Source: an uncultured Gemmatimonadales bacterium
GTDB taxonomy: Bacteria > Gemmatimonadota > Gemmatimonadetes > Gemmatimonadales > GWC2-71-9
Assembly: GCA_963821525.1 (NCBI GenBank)
Contig: CAWGED010000005.1
Location: forward strand, 320,001-384,000
Reading direction: 5' to 3'
DNA length: 64,000 nucleotides
Under the pieces are notes generated by a model. It saw only the letters and a list, made by a program, of their open reading frames with translations, had not been told where the DNA came from and made no database searches. The translations under genes were made by a program, and so were the position numbers. The number at the start of each line of letters is the position of its first letter. Position 1 is the stretch's first letter. Of the stretch, positions 9,761-21,882 are shown piece by piece.

Positions 9761-10357
9761 GTGTTCATCGAACTCACCGATCATCTTCGTTGTCCCGCCC
9801 CGCACGAGGAGGCGTTCCTCGTCCTGGTGCCGTATGAGATGGACGGTCGCATGGTAGTCCGTGGAGTGTTGGGGTGTCCGATTTGCCAGCGGGAGTTCCG
9901 AATCACCCGCGGTGTCGCGGTCTTCGAGCTGAACGGGCGCACCGGCGAGGCGGCTCCTGGTGTGACCGCCTCGATCCCGACAGACGCAATTGTGGCTTTC
10001 CTGGGGCTCGAGGGGCCGGGAGGCTACCTGGGACTCTTCGGGGACGCGTCGGGGTTTGCGGCAGGCCTGGAGACAGCTCTGCCAGGCGTTCACCTGGTCG
10101 TGCTCAATCCGCCTGACGGAGGGACCAGTTCCCCTTCCGTAAGCATTCTCCGTGGACCGACGGCACCCATCAAGTCCCGGTCGCTGCGTGGGGTGGTACT
10201 GGGCGGTGATATCGGGTCCAGCCCGGAGTGGCAGAAGGAAGCGGGTCGGTGTGTGCTGCCCGGCCTCAGAGTCGTTGGAGAGGGAACTCCGCCGCGACTG
10301 CCGGAACTGGAATCGCTGGCTGAAGCAGGAGGTTGGTGGGTGGCGCGAAAGGGCTAG
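9761..10357 (+). CDS. Hypothetical protein: Trm112-like Zn-ribbon + degenerate methyltransferase-like fold
   Basis: LRCP...LGCPICQREFRITRGV N-terminus; RCVLPGLRVV resembles an MTase C-terminal motif. Confidence 0.6.
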   Translation: MFIELTDHLRCPAPHEEAFLVLVPYEMDGRMVVRGVLGCPICQREFRITRGVAVFELNGRTGEAAPGVTASIPTDAIVAFLGLEGPGGYLGLFGDASGFAAGLETALPGVHLVVLNPPDGGTSSPSVSILRGPTAPIKSRSLRGVVLGGDIGSSPEWQKEAGRCVLPGLRVVGEGTPPRLPELESLAEAGGWWVARKG

Positions 10358-10369
10358 CGAGCGGAGCCG

Positions 10370-12196
10370 CTAGACGTCGTGTGAGCCGCCGACCGACTCC
10401 GAATAGAGCGCCTCGATCTGGCTCTGATAGTTCCGCTCCACGACTCTCCGTTTGACCTTGAGCGTCGGCGTCAGCTCTCCCCCTTCGATACTGAAGTCGC
10501 GGGCCAGCAGCATGACCTTCTTCGGCATTTCGAAGTGGGCCAGGTCGCGCAGCTCCTTTCTCATCTCCCGCTCAATCTTGTCTCCCGACTGAGGAAGCTC
10601 GATGAGGCTCGCCTCGTCAGCGAAGGCGAGATTCTTGGCGTGAGCCCAGGCCTTCAGGTTGTCCATGTTGGGGACGACGAGCATGATCGGAAACTTGCGC
10701 TTGTCCCCGATCATGACCGCGTTCGACACGAACTTGTTGCTCTTGACCCGGTTTTCGATTGGCTGCGGGGCGATGTTCTTGCCCCCTGCGGTGACGATGA
10801 TGTCCTTCTTGCGGTCGGTGATCTTGAGAAACCCATCGGCGTCGAGCAGTCCGATGTCTCCGGTATGGAACCAGCCATCGGCGTCGATAGCCTCTTTCGT
10901 CGCATCCGGCTTGTTGAAATACCCTTTCATGATATGAGGACCGCGGGTCAGGATCTCTCCATCCGAGGCGATTTTCACCTGGACCCCGGGGATCGGCTGG
11001 CCCACGGTGCCGAGCTTAAGATGTTCGAAGGTGTTGACGGCGATGACCGGCGAGGTCTCGGTCAGACCATATCCCTCGAGAATCGGTAGTCCTGCCGCGT
11101 AGAAAAACTTGGCGATCTCAGCCGACAACGGGGCTCCGCCCGACACGAAGATTCTGAGTCGTCCCCCTGTCGCCGCCTTCAGCTTGCCGAACACGAGGCG
11201 GTCGGCGATTCGCTTCCTGAAGCCAAGGCCTCCTGGGACCGGCCGGTGCGCCAGCGTGTACTCCGCCCAGAGTTCCGCGGTCCGCTTAGCCCAGAAGAAG
11301 ATCCGGCGTTTCACGGAGGAGCCGGCGAGCGCGCCCTCCAGCACCCGGGCGTAGATCTTCTCGTACAACCGCGGCACCGAGGCGACGATCGTAGGCCGCC
11401 GCTCTCTCATCTCGGCCGAGACCGCGTCGACGCTCGAGGCGTAGTTGATGATCACGCCGCTATGGAACATGCAGTAGTGGCCCAGCATCCGCTCGAATAC
11501 ATGAGAGAGCGGCAGGAACGACAGGCATTCATCCGACTGGGCGTTGAGCTGCACGATGCTCATCGAGGTGACCACGTTGGACGTGATGTTCCCGTGGCTG
11601 AGCATCACGCCCTTGGGGTCTCCCGTCGTGCCGGAGGTGTAGATCAGGGTGGCGAGATCGTCGGGATCCACCTCCAGCGCCTCTTCGCGCCAGCGGGGAT
11701 ACTTCGCCAGTGCCGCCCGTCCCTTGGCGATCACATCGTTGAAGGAGAGGACGTCCCGCCCGATCGCATCCTGGTCGATGGCGATGACGTGCCTCAGCTC
11801 AGGGGTCACGTCGGGGTACCTGATGGCGAGGACCTTCTCGAGCTGGGCGCTGCTCGACACGATGATGGCCGCGGCGCCCGAATCGCGCAAAATGTATCCG
11901 ATGTGCTGTGGCGGGAGTGTGGGATAGATCGGGACGTCGGCGCAGCGCGCCGCGAGGCAGGCGAAATCGGTCCAGGCCCACTCGGGCCGATTCTCCGACA
12001 ACAATGCAACGCGATCGCCGGGTTTGAGGCCCAGCTCGCGCAGGCCGGCAGCGAGGCACTGAACCTGGTCCAGCACGAATCGGTAATCGAAGTCGGTCCA
12101 CGTCCCGCCGAGCTTGGCCCGCATCGCCACCGAAGCGGCCGGATACCGGTCTATCGCGCCGAAGAAGATCTCGTTGAGCGTTCGCGGAGAGGTCAT
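10370..12196 (-). CDS. Long-chain fatty acid-CoA ligase (AMP-dependent synthetase)
   Basis: YTSGTTGDPKG, GYGLTE, GWFHTGDIG, DRKKDIIVTAGGKN. Confidence 0.93.
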   Translation of the reverse strand: MTSPRTLNEIFFGAIDRYPAASVAMRAKLGGTWTDFDYRFVLDQVQCLAAGLRELGLKPGDRVALLSENRPEWAWTDFACLAARCADVPIYPTLPPQHIGYILRDSGAAAIIVSSSAQLEKVLAIRYPDVTPELRHVIAIDQDAIGRDVLSFNDVIAKGRAALAKYPRWREEALEVDPDDLATLIYTSGTTGDPKGVMLSHGNITSNVVTSMSIVQLNAQSDECLSFLPLSHVFERMLGHYCMFHSGVIINYASSVDAVSAEMRERRPTIVASVPRLYEKIYARVLEGALAGSSVKRRIFFWAKRTAELWAEYTLAHRPVPGGLGFRKRIADRLVFGKLKAATGGRLRIFVSGGAPLSAEIAKFFYAAGLPILEGYGLTETSPVIAVNTFEHLKLGTVGQPIPGVQVKIASDGEILTRGPHIMKGYFNKPDATKEAIDADGWFHTGDIGLLDADGFLKITDRKKDIIVTAGGKNIAPQPIENRVKSNKFVSNAVMIGDKRKFPIMLVVPNMDNLKAWAHAKNLAFADEASLIELPQSGDKIEREMRKELRDLAHFEMPKKVMLLARDFSIEGGELTPTLKVKRRVVERNYQSQIEALYSESVGGSHDV

Positions 12197-12889
12197 TGGA
12201 ACCTCACGATGAATCGCTGGCCGGAGCCTGGGACGGTGGCTTGGCTGGGGCGGAAGGCAAACACCTCCACGATGACGCTATCGGGTTGTACCACGCCATT
12301 GGTGCGGCGCAGGGTCACGGGGACCAGCGGTCTTCCGTCGGCGCCGGTCTCGGCGCGGAGCGACATTCCGCCGCCCTCGAAGTGCACCAGCCCGAGGCTC
12401 ACGAGACTGTCGAAAACCACATAGCTGATCGAGGTAAAGGGTACGCCGCCGGGGGGATTCAAGGTCTGCACGGCGGCATCGAGCGGGGCGGAAGCGGTGT
12501 CCGCGTCGGGTACCGTCATCGTGTCGGGGCCGACGACCGCCAGGGTATCGGATGGGGGATGAACGATGATCGAAATGAGCGGAGAAAGCAGGCTCCCAAC
12601 GTACGCCTGAACTTCGCCCGTCCCGGTCAGGCTGTCGGTGGTGAGCAGCCCGATCGAATCCACCATCGTCAACAGGGTTCGGATCCGTTGTGCGCCAGTA
12701 GACCGGCTCGCTGACTACATCGCCGTTCTTGTCCAGCGCCTGGGCGACCAGGGTGAGAGTGTCGCCCGGCTCTACCGCGGCATCGGCCGGCGCCTGCACC
12801 TGGATGGCGATCACCCCATTGCCGGTGCTCGTCACATCGCTGCAGGCCAGCACGCCGAGCACTGCCGCGACGTGGCGAAACTGTCTCAC
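12193..12889 (-). CDS. Lipoprotein with Ig-like domains; frameshifted near 12675 in this sequence
   Basis: Lipobox VLAC; ORF halves 12278..12889 and 12193..12672 join into one beta-rich protein; overlaps with both neighbours. Confidence 0.65.
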
Positions 12890-13329
12890 GAAGACTCCGA
12901 GGCCGCTTCCGTCTCGATTTCCCGTAACGCCCCTTCGGCGTGCTGCACCCAGCGGTCGGCATCGGGGCCCTTGGGCGGCCGGGCGAGAAAGGCCCGGAGA
13001 TGCTGGGCGGCTTCGGGAAGGTCGCCCCTGGCTTTGAGGCGGAACGCGAGCCCATAGTGGGCGCCCGAGAGGCTCCCATCGAGCTGCAGGGCCCGGCGAT
13101 AAAAACGGATCGCTTCCTCCGGCTGGCCTGTCTTGGTGAAGGCGATGGCCATGCTCTGGAGAATGCGAGGATCGTTGGGGTTGTCACGGAGGGCAAGCCT
13201 ATAGGACGTCAACGCGGCCTCGAAGTCGCCCTGACGCTCGAGCGCCATTGCCTCATTGAGGTAGTCCAGACGTTGGGGCCTGAGAGCCTCCGACTTCCCG
13301 GTGCCGAACAACCGCCGCCAGAAGCTCAT
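12886..13329 (-). CDS. Tetratricopeptide repeat protein
   Basis: Repeated A..Y..AL TPR consensus. Confidence 0.85.
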   Translation of the reverse strand: MSFWRRLFGTGKSEALRPQRLDYLNEAMALERQGDFEAALTSYRLALRDNPNDPRILQSMAIAFTKTGQPEEAIRFYRRALQLDGSLSGAHYGLAFRLKARGDLPEAAQHLRAFLARPPKGPDADRWVQHAEGALREIETEAASESS

Positions 13330-13493
13330 CGCGTCAGACGGATCCTTGAGGAAAGCGGTGAGGAGAAAGGAGTTGGGCCTGCGTCCCTAAGATAGTCCCC
13401 GCAGAAAAGTGCCGCAACGCGGTTGATGGCTCGGTAGTGCACCAGTAGGTTACTGGTCCACGGCGGCACTACGAAGCGAAAGACGATCTGCTC

Positions 13494-14009
13494 ATGAAGC
13501 CACCCATCTCACCGGTCCCTCGCGGAGTTCTCGAGGTTGATTGGGCCTTCTTCGGGGAAATCTGCCGCGCCCTCGCTCTCAAGGTGGCACGGGAGTTCGA
13601 TCCCGAGGTGGTGCTCGGGGTGGCCAAAGCCGGCGTGATCCCCGGTGTGGTTGTCGCCTCGATCCTGCAGCGCGAGTTCACCTCGATGGTGGTCACCCGC
13701 AAGGACGAAGGTGAAGAACCGGTGCTCATCGCCGGACCTCCTTCCACCATCCGGGGCCGGCGGGTCCTCATCGTGGATGAGACCTGCGATACCGGCAGCA
13801 CCATGAAACTGGCGCTGAGCGAAGTCCGCGCGCTCAAGCCGGCAACGGTCAAGACGGCAGTCTCTTTCAAGACCGGGCCGTACCAGCCTGACTACTATGC
13901 TTTCGAATCCGAGAACTTCATCATCCTGCCCTGGGATCGCGAAATCATTCAGGGAGGTGAGCTGGTAGTGCGGCCGGAATACGTGGGAAAGCTTCGAGAA
14001 GGTCGATAA
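13494..14009 (+). CDS. Type I phosphoribosyltransferase
   Basis: VLIVDETCDTGSTM PRPP loop; C-terminal ILPWD as in Gpt/Hpt-like enzymes. Confidence 0.88.
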   Translation: MKPPISPVPRGVLEVDWAFFGEICRALALKVAREFDPEVVLGVAKAGVIPGVVVASILQREFTSMVVTRKDEGEEPVLIAGPPSTIRGRRVLIVDETCDTGSTMKLALSEVRALKPATVKTAVSFKTGPYQPDYYAFESENFIILPWDREIIQGGELVVRPEYVGKLREGR

Positions 14010-14112
14010 CGAGTCGAGCCTCGAGTCTCTGCCTCCGGCCTGGATGATTCCCGGCGCCTGAGGCGGACGGCTTGGGGCTTGGTGTCACCTGCCTCCGATC
14101 ACGATCTCGAGA

Positions 14113-15486
14113 ATGCATAATCGCCTCGCCGAAGCCATCGCGTCTTCGCGCGCCGACTACACCGAAATCCGTCTCGAGCGCTCCTGGCTCACTGCCGTGG
14201 CCTACCGCGGCAGCCGTCTGGAGGGAGCCAACAGCAGCCTCGACCTGGGTGGATTCGTCCGCTGCATGTCGAGGGGGTACGGGTGGGGTGCCGTGTCCTT
14301 CAACGGCCTGGACCACCTCGACGCCATGGTGTCCCGGGCCCATGAGCTTTCTCTCGCGGTTCGGCTGGATCAGCCCATTCGGCTGGCCGAGCTGCCCGCC
14401 CGGCGTGATGATGTGCGGGCCGATCTCGACGGCGATGTCCGCGGGATCAGCCTGGCCGAGAAGCAGCAACTGCTGGAGCGACTGAACCAGGAAATGCTCG
14501 CGGTGGACCGCCGGATCGTGGACACCCAGGCCGCGTACCGCGATGAAGTCACCGAGTACTGGTTCGCCAACTCCGACGGAACCATGCTCTACGAGCTTCG
14601 GCCCGACGTGACGCTCTCCGCCGTGGCTCTGGCGCGGGACGAGGGAGTCGTCGAGCGTGGGCTCGAATCCGTCGGAGTGCGCGGTGGCTGGCGCTCGGTC
14701 CAGGAATGCGACCAGCTCTTTCGCACCGCGGCCCGCCGCGCAATCCAGCTGCTCACCGCTCCGCGAGTCCGCAGCGGTACCTACCCGGTGGTGCTGGATC
14801 CCCGGCTGGCCGCCATTCTGGTCCACGAAGCTATCGGGCACATGAGCGAAGCCGACGTGATCGCCGACAACGCCGAGGCCCGCGCGATGATGACCCTGGG
14901 ACGGAGGTTCGGCTCCGAGCTGCTGACCGTGGGTGACGATGGCAGCGCGGCCGGCCTCCGTGGTTCACTCCCCTATGACGACGAGGGCACGCCGACGCAG
15001 AACACCCTGCTCATCCAAAACGGCGTGCTGGTAGGCCGGCTCCACTCCCGGGAGACCGCCGCACGGATGAACGAACGGCCCACCGGAAATGCCCGCGCGG
15101 TTTCCTTCCGCCATGCACCGATCGTCCGGCTCACCAACACGTACATCGCGAACGGCCGGGGAAGCCTGGATGACCTGCTCAAGGGCATCCGGTTCGGGGT
15201 CTACTGCTGCGACGCGCTGGGCGGCCGGAGCCACCTCGAAAACTTTTCCTTCACTTCGGGCTACGGCCACATGATCCGGGACGGCAAGCTGGCCGAGCTG
15301 GTCAAACCGGTCGTCCTGGCGGGGAACCTGTTTGAGACGCTGGACCGGGTGGACTCGGTAGCCGGGGACTTCCGCTGGAACCAGCTCGGGGGAGGCTGTG
15401 GGAAGGGAGGCCAGGTGCCGCTTCCGGTAGCCGAGGGCGCGCCCCACATCCGGTTGTCCGAGGTCGCTGTAGGTGGTGGCCAGTGA
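14113..15486 (+). CDS. tldD: TldD metalloprotease subunit
   Basis: HEAIGHMSE zinc motif, YDDEG, GGCGKGGQ..PV..G.PH. Confidence 0.92.
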   Translation: MHNRLAEAIASSRADYTEIRLERSWLTAVAYRGSRLEGANSSLDLGGFVRCMSRGYGWGAVSFNGLDHLDAMVSRAHELSLAVRLDQPIRLAELPARRDDVRADLDGDVRGISLAEKQQLLERLNQEMLAVDRRIVDTQAAYRDEVTEYWFANSDGTMLYELRPDVTLSAVALARDEGVVERGLESVGVRGGWRSVQECDQLFRTAARRAIQLLTAPRVRSGTYPVVLDPRLAAILVHEAIGHMSEADVIADNAEARAMMTLGRRFGSELLTVGDDGSAAGLRGSLPYDDEGTPTQNTLLIQNGVLVGRLHSRETAARMNERPTGNARAVSFRHAPIVRLTNTYIANGRGSLDDLLKGIRFGVYCCDALGGRSHLENFSFTSGYGHMIRDGKLAELVKPVVLAGNLFETLDRVDSVAGDFRWNQLGGGCGKGGQVPLPVAEGAPHIRLSEVAVGGGQ

Positions 15487-16773
15487 TCGGGACGCTGCTG
15501 GAGCGCGCTGCGCGCCGGACTCAGGCGGCCGATCTCACCTCCAAGTCCGACGAGACTCTCACCCTCGGCTTCGATGGTGGCCGACTGAAGTCGGCCGGGA
15601 GACTGCAGGAGCGCGGAGTGAATCTTCGCGTCGTGGCCGGTGGCCGGATGGGTTTTGCCGGTACCACAGACACCGAGCCCGAGCCGCTACTGGAGATGGC
15701 GCTCGCTTCGGCTGCGGTGGGAGAAGAGGTGAAGATCGAGTTGCCGCGCCCGCAACCGCTCCCGCAGGTTGCCACTCACTATCCTCGCGCGGCTGTGGCG
15801 ACGCTCGAGGAACTCGCCCAATTGGGACAGGGCATTCACGATCGCCTCGTCCGGGATGGGTGCCACGTCCGCGTCTCGGTCGAGCGATCGGTCGGCTCGG
15901 TCAGAGTGGCGAATACTGCCGGAGTAGATGCCGGGTACGACGTATCGTCGGTCAGCCTCGGCGCAGAACTGGTCCGGATCCGCGGGGATGATGTGCTCAC
16001 TATTCGTGAGTATTGGGCCGGCGGCGACCTTCCGGGCGATGCGGATCTCGAGTGGCTGGTCGGCGGGATACTCCAGCGATTGAAATGGGCCGAGCGGCAC
16101 GGCTGAGGCGCCACATGGTGCACTGACGGTCTGCTTTACGCCGAACGGCGCCGAAGCGCTTCTGCTTCCGCTGCACGCGGCGCTCCAGGGCAAGGCGCTC
16201 TTGCACGGTGTCTCCCCGCTCATGGTCCGGGGCCGTGCCATCACCTTCGCCTCGAGCTTCTCGCTGACCGACGATCCGCTGCTGGACGGAAGGCCGGGCT
16301 CGAGGCCAATAGATGATGAAGGAGTGGTGAGCCGCCGCACGCCCCTGGTCCACCAGGGGAACGTGCAGGAGTTCATCTACGACCTCGAATCGGCGGGGCG
16401 AGCGGGCACTCAGCCTACCGGTCACGGCCGGAGAACGATCTTCGGAAAGCCTCAGGCCGCGTTCAGCAACCTCATCGTGAGTCCGGGCGAGTATTCGCTT
16501 CCCAATCTGCTCGGCCTGATCTCCAGCGGCGTGCTGGTGGACCGGCTCCACGGAGTGGGGCAGGGCAACCTGGTGAGCGGCACCTTCGCGCACCAGATCG
16601 CGACGGCGTATCGGGTTGAAAACGGTGAAGTCGTCGGCCGGATTGCGAGCGGCACCGTGGCAGGGAATGCCTATGAGCTGCTGGGACGAATCACGACTTT
16701 GGGACGGGATGCACCGTGGCGGGGGAGTACCTCAGTGCCGGCGATGCTGGTGGACGGGGTGACGGTCTCCTGA
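15483..16773 (+). CDS. pmbA: PmbA/TldE partner subunit; frameshifted near 16096
   Basis: N-half 15483..16106 and C-half (IDDEGV, PTGHG, AGNAYELL) rejoin by removing one G; follows tldD. Confidence 0.85.
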
Positions 16774-16854
16774 TCAGAAGAGGTAGATCCTGACCAACCG
16801 GTAGACTCCGTACATCGTCGCCAGACCGATCAGCACGATCACAATTTCCCGCAA
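16774..16854 (-). CDS. Putative 26-aa single-TM small protein
   Basis: TTG start after GGAGG; MREIVIVLIGLATMYGVYRLVRIYLF*; stop abuts the pmbA stop (TGA-TCA). Confidence 0.45.
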   Translation of the reverse strand: MREIVIVLIGLATMYGVYRLVRIYLF

Positions 16855-16962
16855 CAGGTTCAGAAACCTCCGAGTCCCTGCCGCGGGGTCGTGATCGACT
16901 TGTCTATTGCTGCGAATGTTGTACGCGCACATCGAGCGCTTCCGCGCACTACGGCCCCTCGC

Positions 16963-17526
16963 TCAGCCCCCGATTCCCAGGGCCTCATGGTAGGAATGTC
17001 CCTCGGCCATCCGATCGTAGAGCACCTGCAGGGTTTCCGGCGCTCCCGCGAGGAAGCGGCAACGGTCGTCACCCCTGGAAAGACACTCGACTTCCATGAC
17101 GCCGAGCGTGGAATTGGAGACCCGGCCCAGGACGTCGGCCAGCATGCCGCTGGAGAGATGACAGGAAGGGTACTGCGTTCCGGCTGAGGCGTCTGCCTCG
17201 GACCAATCGGAGGAGTCGAGAGCGATGACCGCCTGGGCGATAGGAGCCACGGTGAGCGTGCCCCAACCGGTTTCCCGGAAAAATCCCGAGAGGGTCTCGC
17301 CGAGGTGGCGCACATCGAGCCCGGCCGGGGAGTCGATGCCATAGCGACCCGCGAGCCAGCCGCGATAGGCCTGATAGACCGCCTCTCCACCGGCGAATCC
17401 GGCCTCCTGGAGGTATGCCGCTGTCTGAAGCCCGGTGTCACGCTCCAGGCTGGCGCGAAGCTGATGCAGGCTCCGCCGACTCAGGGCGAGACAGTTGGGC
17501 GAGACGAGGAGTGCCGTGGCCGTCAT
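16963..17526 (-). CDS. V4R (4-vinyl reductase) domain protein
   Basis: TGWG, PSCHLSSG and EVECLSRGDDRCRF metal-binding pattern. Confidence 0.85.
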   Translation of the reverse strand: MTATALLVSPNCLALSRRSLHQLRASLERDTGLQTAAYLQEAGFAGGEAVYQAYRGWLAGRYGIDSPAGLDVRHLGETLSGFFRETGWGTLTVAPIAQAVIALDSSDWSEADASAGTQYPSCHLSSGMLADVLGRVSNSTLGVMEVECLSRGDDRCRFLAGAPETLQVLYDRMAEGHSYHEALGIGG

Positions 17527-17615
17527 TGGAAGGAGCCGCGATTAGGGTTGGCGCAAAGTAGGAATGTAATGGGGCCTGCCGCAAGGTCACTATGTCCTTT
17601 TCAGCGGCGCTGGTC

Positions 17616-19664
<2,049 letters not shown>

Positions 19665-19674
19665 CTAGTGAAGC

Positions 19675-19792
19675 GGGAGTGGGGAGTGGGGAGTGGGGGG
19701 AGGGAGTAGGGAGTAGGGAGTAGTGAGTAGGGAGTGCGGTGGAGAGCCTGGGTGTGGCCCTACGCCCTACTCCCTACAACCTACTCCCACTC
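19675..19792. repeat. Heptamer tandem array with inverted partner
   Basis: (GGGAGTG)3...(GGGAGTA)n, then CTACGCC-CTACTCC-CTACAAC-CTACTCC-CACTC. Confidence 0.8.
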
Positions 19793-19794
19793 AA

Positions 19795-20643
19795 CTAGCG
19801 CGCCGCCGCCTCCTGCCCCAGCACCGTGAGCGCCACCCCGACCAAACGCTCGATCTCCTCCGCGCTGGCCTTGGCCAGGATCCCTTCGCTCCAGGGGCCC
19901 TCCCGGGCCGCGAACTCGTCGAGGAGCCGGCGGAGGAAGCCGATCAGCGCCGCCCGCTCCCGCTCGGTGGCCCGGTGTGCCGGGGACGGAGACTCCCCCA
20001 CCCGCTGCTGCAGCCGTTCGAAACGGTGGGCGTTCCGGAGCGACTTCGCCGTGAGGCTGGCCACGACCTGGCAGAAGGCCACGTCGTTTTCGGAGAAATT
20101 GGGCCCGTCCCGGAAGGTTCGCAGGAAGATGGCCCCGATGGCCGCACCCCGCCACGTGATTGGGACGACGGTGATGGCCTTAACCCGGCGGAGCTGCAGG
20201 GCGCTCCGCACGTGCTCCAGCGATTGATCCTTCTCGACGTCCGGGATGAACACCGTGCGACCGGTCTTGATGGCCTGAGCCAGCTCCGGATAGCGGTCCA
20301 GGTCCACCATGTAGTTCCGGATGCCCGGGTCTTCGTAGCTGGCCACGAGGCGAACGGTCTTTCCGTCCCGCTCCGCCAGGAAGATCGAGCAGCGGTCCAG
20401 CCCGAATGCCTCCCCCAGCCGCCGCGTGATGGACTGCATGATGTCCACGAAGTGGAGCGACCCCGCGATTTCCTGGAGAATCTCGATGATGGCCAGGAGG
20501 TGCTTCCGTTCGTGCTCCAGGTCCCGAACCTGGGCCTGAAGGCGCTCGGCGTCCTCAGCGGTGACAGCCGCTGCCGAAGTCACGGTCATGGACTCATCCG
20601 GTATGGGATGGCGAAGTTTCGCCGGGGGAGTGGAGGGGGTCAA
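19795..20643 (-). CDS. GAF domain protein with N-terminal coiled coil
   Basis: DRCSIFL...VFIPDV...AITVVPITWRGAAIGAI...FSENDVAFCQVVA GAF pattern; start uncertain. Confidence 0.82.
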   Translation of the reverse strand: MTPSTPPAKLRHPIPDESMTVTSAAAVTAEDAERLQAQVRDLEHERKHLLAIIEILQEIAGSLHFVDIMQSITRRLGEAFGLDRCSIFLAERDGKTVRLVASYEDPGIRNYMVDLDRYPELAQAIKTGRTVFIPDVEKDQSLEHVRSALQLRRVKAITVVPITWRGAAIGAIFLRTFRDGPNFSENDVAFCQVVASLTAKSLRNAHRFERLQQRVGESPSPAHRATERERAALIGFLRRLLDEFAAREGPWSEGILAKASAEEIERLVGVALTVLGQEAAAR

Positions 20644-20708
20644 GCGTGAGTAGCTTGCTCAGGATCTTGACGGTAATTTTCTGACGGTACGGTACACGGA
20701 GGCAGACA

Positions 20709-21038
20709 ATGCTTGACGAAGAAGACAAGGGGGGTCGCGAGGGTGGCGGCTTTCTGACCGGTTTGGTGCTCGGGGCGGCTGTAGGCGCGGTCGTGGCCCT
20801 GCTCTTTGCCCCGGCCAGCGGGGAGGAAACCCGGCGGTTGGTGCGGAAACGGGCCAGGGCGATCGAAAAGAAGGCCGCCTCGGCGTGGGTCGCTGAACGG
20901 GACGCGGCACGCCACGCGATGCGACGGCGCCGCAAGCAGCTCCGGGAGAAGCTCGAGTCCGCCGCTTCGAGGGCGGACGAGGTTCTGGGAGACGTGAAGG
21001 ACCGGCTGGGTGACGTGAAGGACCGGCTGCGCGGCTGA
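20709..21038 (+). CDS. YtxH domain protein
   Basis: FLTGLVLGAAVGAVVALLFAPASGEETR. Confidence 0.88.
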   Translation: MLDEEDKGGREGGGFLTGLVLGAAVGAVVALLFAPASGEETRRLVRKRARAIEKKAASAWVAERDAARHAMRRRRKQLREKLESAASRADEVLGDVKDRLGDVKDRLRG

Positions 21039-21043
21039 GACCG

Positions 21044-21835
21044 CTAGTCCTTGTCCTTCTTGTTGGCGATCCGTTTCAGCAGTGCCGCCGCCTCGGCTTG
21101 ATACCCGGGGTCGGCGGCATCGAAGACCGGCAGCTCGGCGATCTCGGTGAGCTGTTGCCTGGCGTCGCTGTAGCGATCGACGTCCACATAGATCTCGGCC
21201 AGGTCAAGGCGGTGGTACACGCTTTCGGGATTGAGCGCCACCGCCTTCTGCATGTTATCGATCGCTCCCTGCCAGGACGCGGCGTCGAATACCGCGCCGC
21301 CCAGAAAATTTTTCGCGAAGAAGCGAGTGAGCCCGGAAAGCCGCATGATTTCGGCGTTCCACCGGCCCAGCACATGGTAGGCCTTGTCATGGTTGGGGTC
21401 CAGCGCGAGAGCCTTGAGCGCCTCGTTCCGAATCTCGGCTGCGCGCTTGACCCGCTCCTTCTTGCTCTTGGTCAGGGAGGCGCGCCCGATCGCGGCGGCG
21501 AGGATGAAGTGGCCATCAGGGCCGGTTGAATCGGCCTTGACCGCGGCTCGTGCCAGGGTCTCGGCCCGGGCGTAGAGTGAATCCCGCGCTCGCGACTTCA
21601 CGCTGTCCGGAGTCTGCTTGCCGATATCGACCAGCGCCTGAGCGGCGCCCCAGTTCGCTTCGTAGTTGGTGGAATCAACCGCCAGCACCGCTTCGAATTC
21701 TGCCAGAGCCGCGGTTGGGTTCCTGGTCGTGAATTCGCGGCCTGCGGCGAGGTGGTCCTCCACCGACTGGCCCAGCAGCTTCGAGCCTGACCCCATCAAC
21801 AGGGCGGCGATCAACAACTGGGTGCGCGGTGTCAC
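21044..21835 (-). CDS. Secreted TPR protein
   Basis: Signal peptide and TPR helices (KALALDPN, KAVALNPE). Confidence 0.8.
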   Translation of the reverse strand: MTPRTQLLIAALLMGSGSKLLGQSVEDHLAAGREFTTRNPTAALAEFEAVLAVDSTNYEANWGAAQALVDIGKQTPDSVKSRARDSLYARAETLARAAVKADSTGPDGHFILAAAIGRASLTKSKKERVKRAAEIRNEALKALALDPNHDKAYHVLGRWNAEIMRLSGLTRFFAKNFLGGAVFDAASWQGAIDNMQKAVALNPESVYHRLDLAEIYVDVDRYSDARQQLTEIAELPVFDAADPGYQAEAAALLKRIANKKDKD

Positions 21836-21882
21836 GACGAGTTCGCTCCGCGTTTGGACCAGAGTGAGGAACCGGCGGCTGA

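Noticed and set aside
16963..17526. bchJ or photosynthesis gene
   Set aside because: Generic V4R domain with no bch, puf or crt genes nearby
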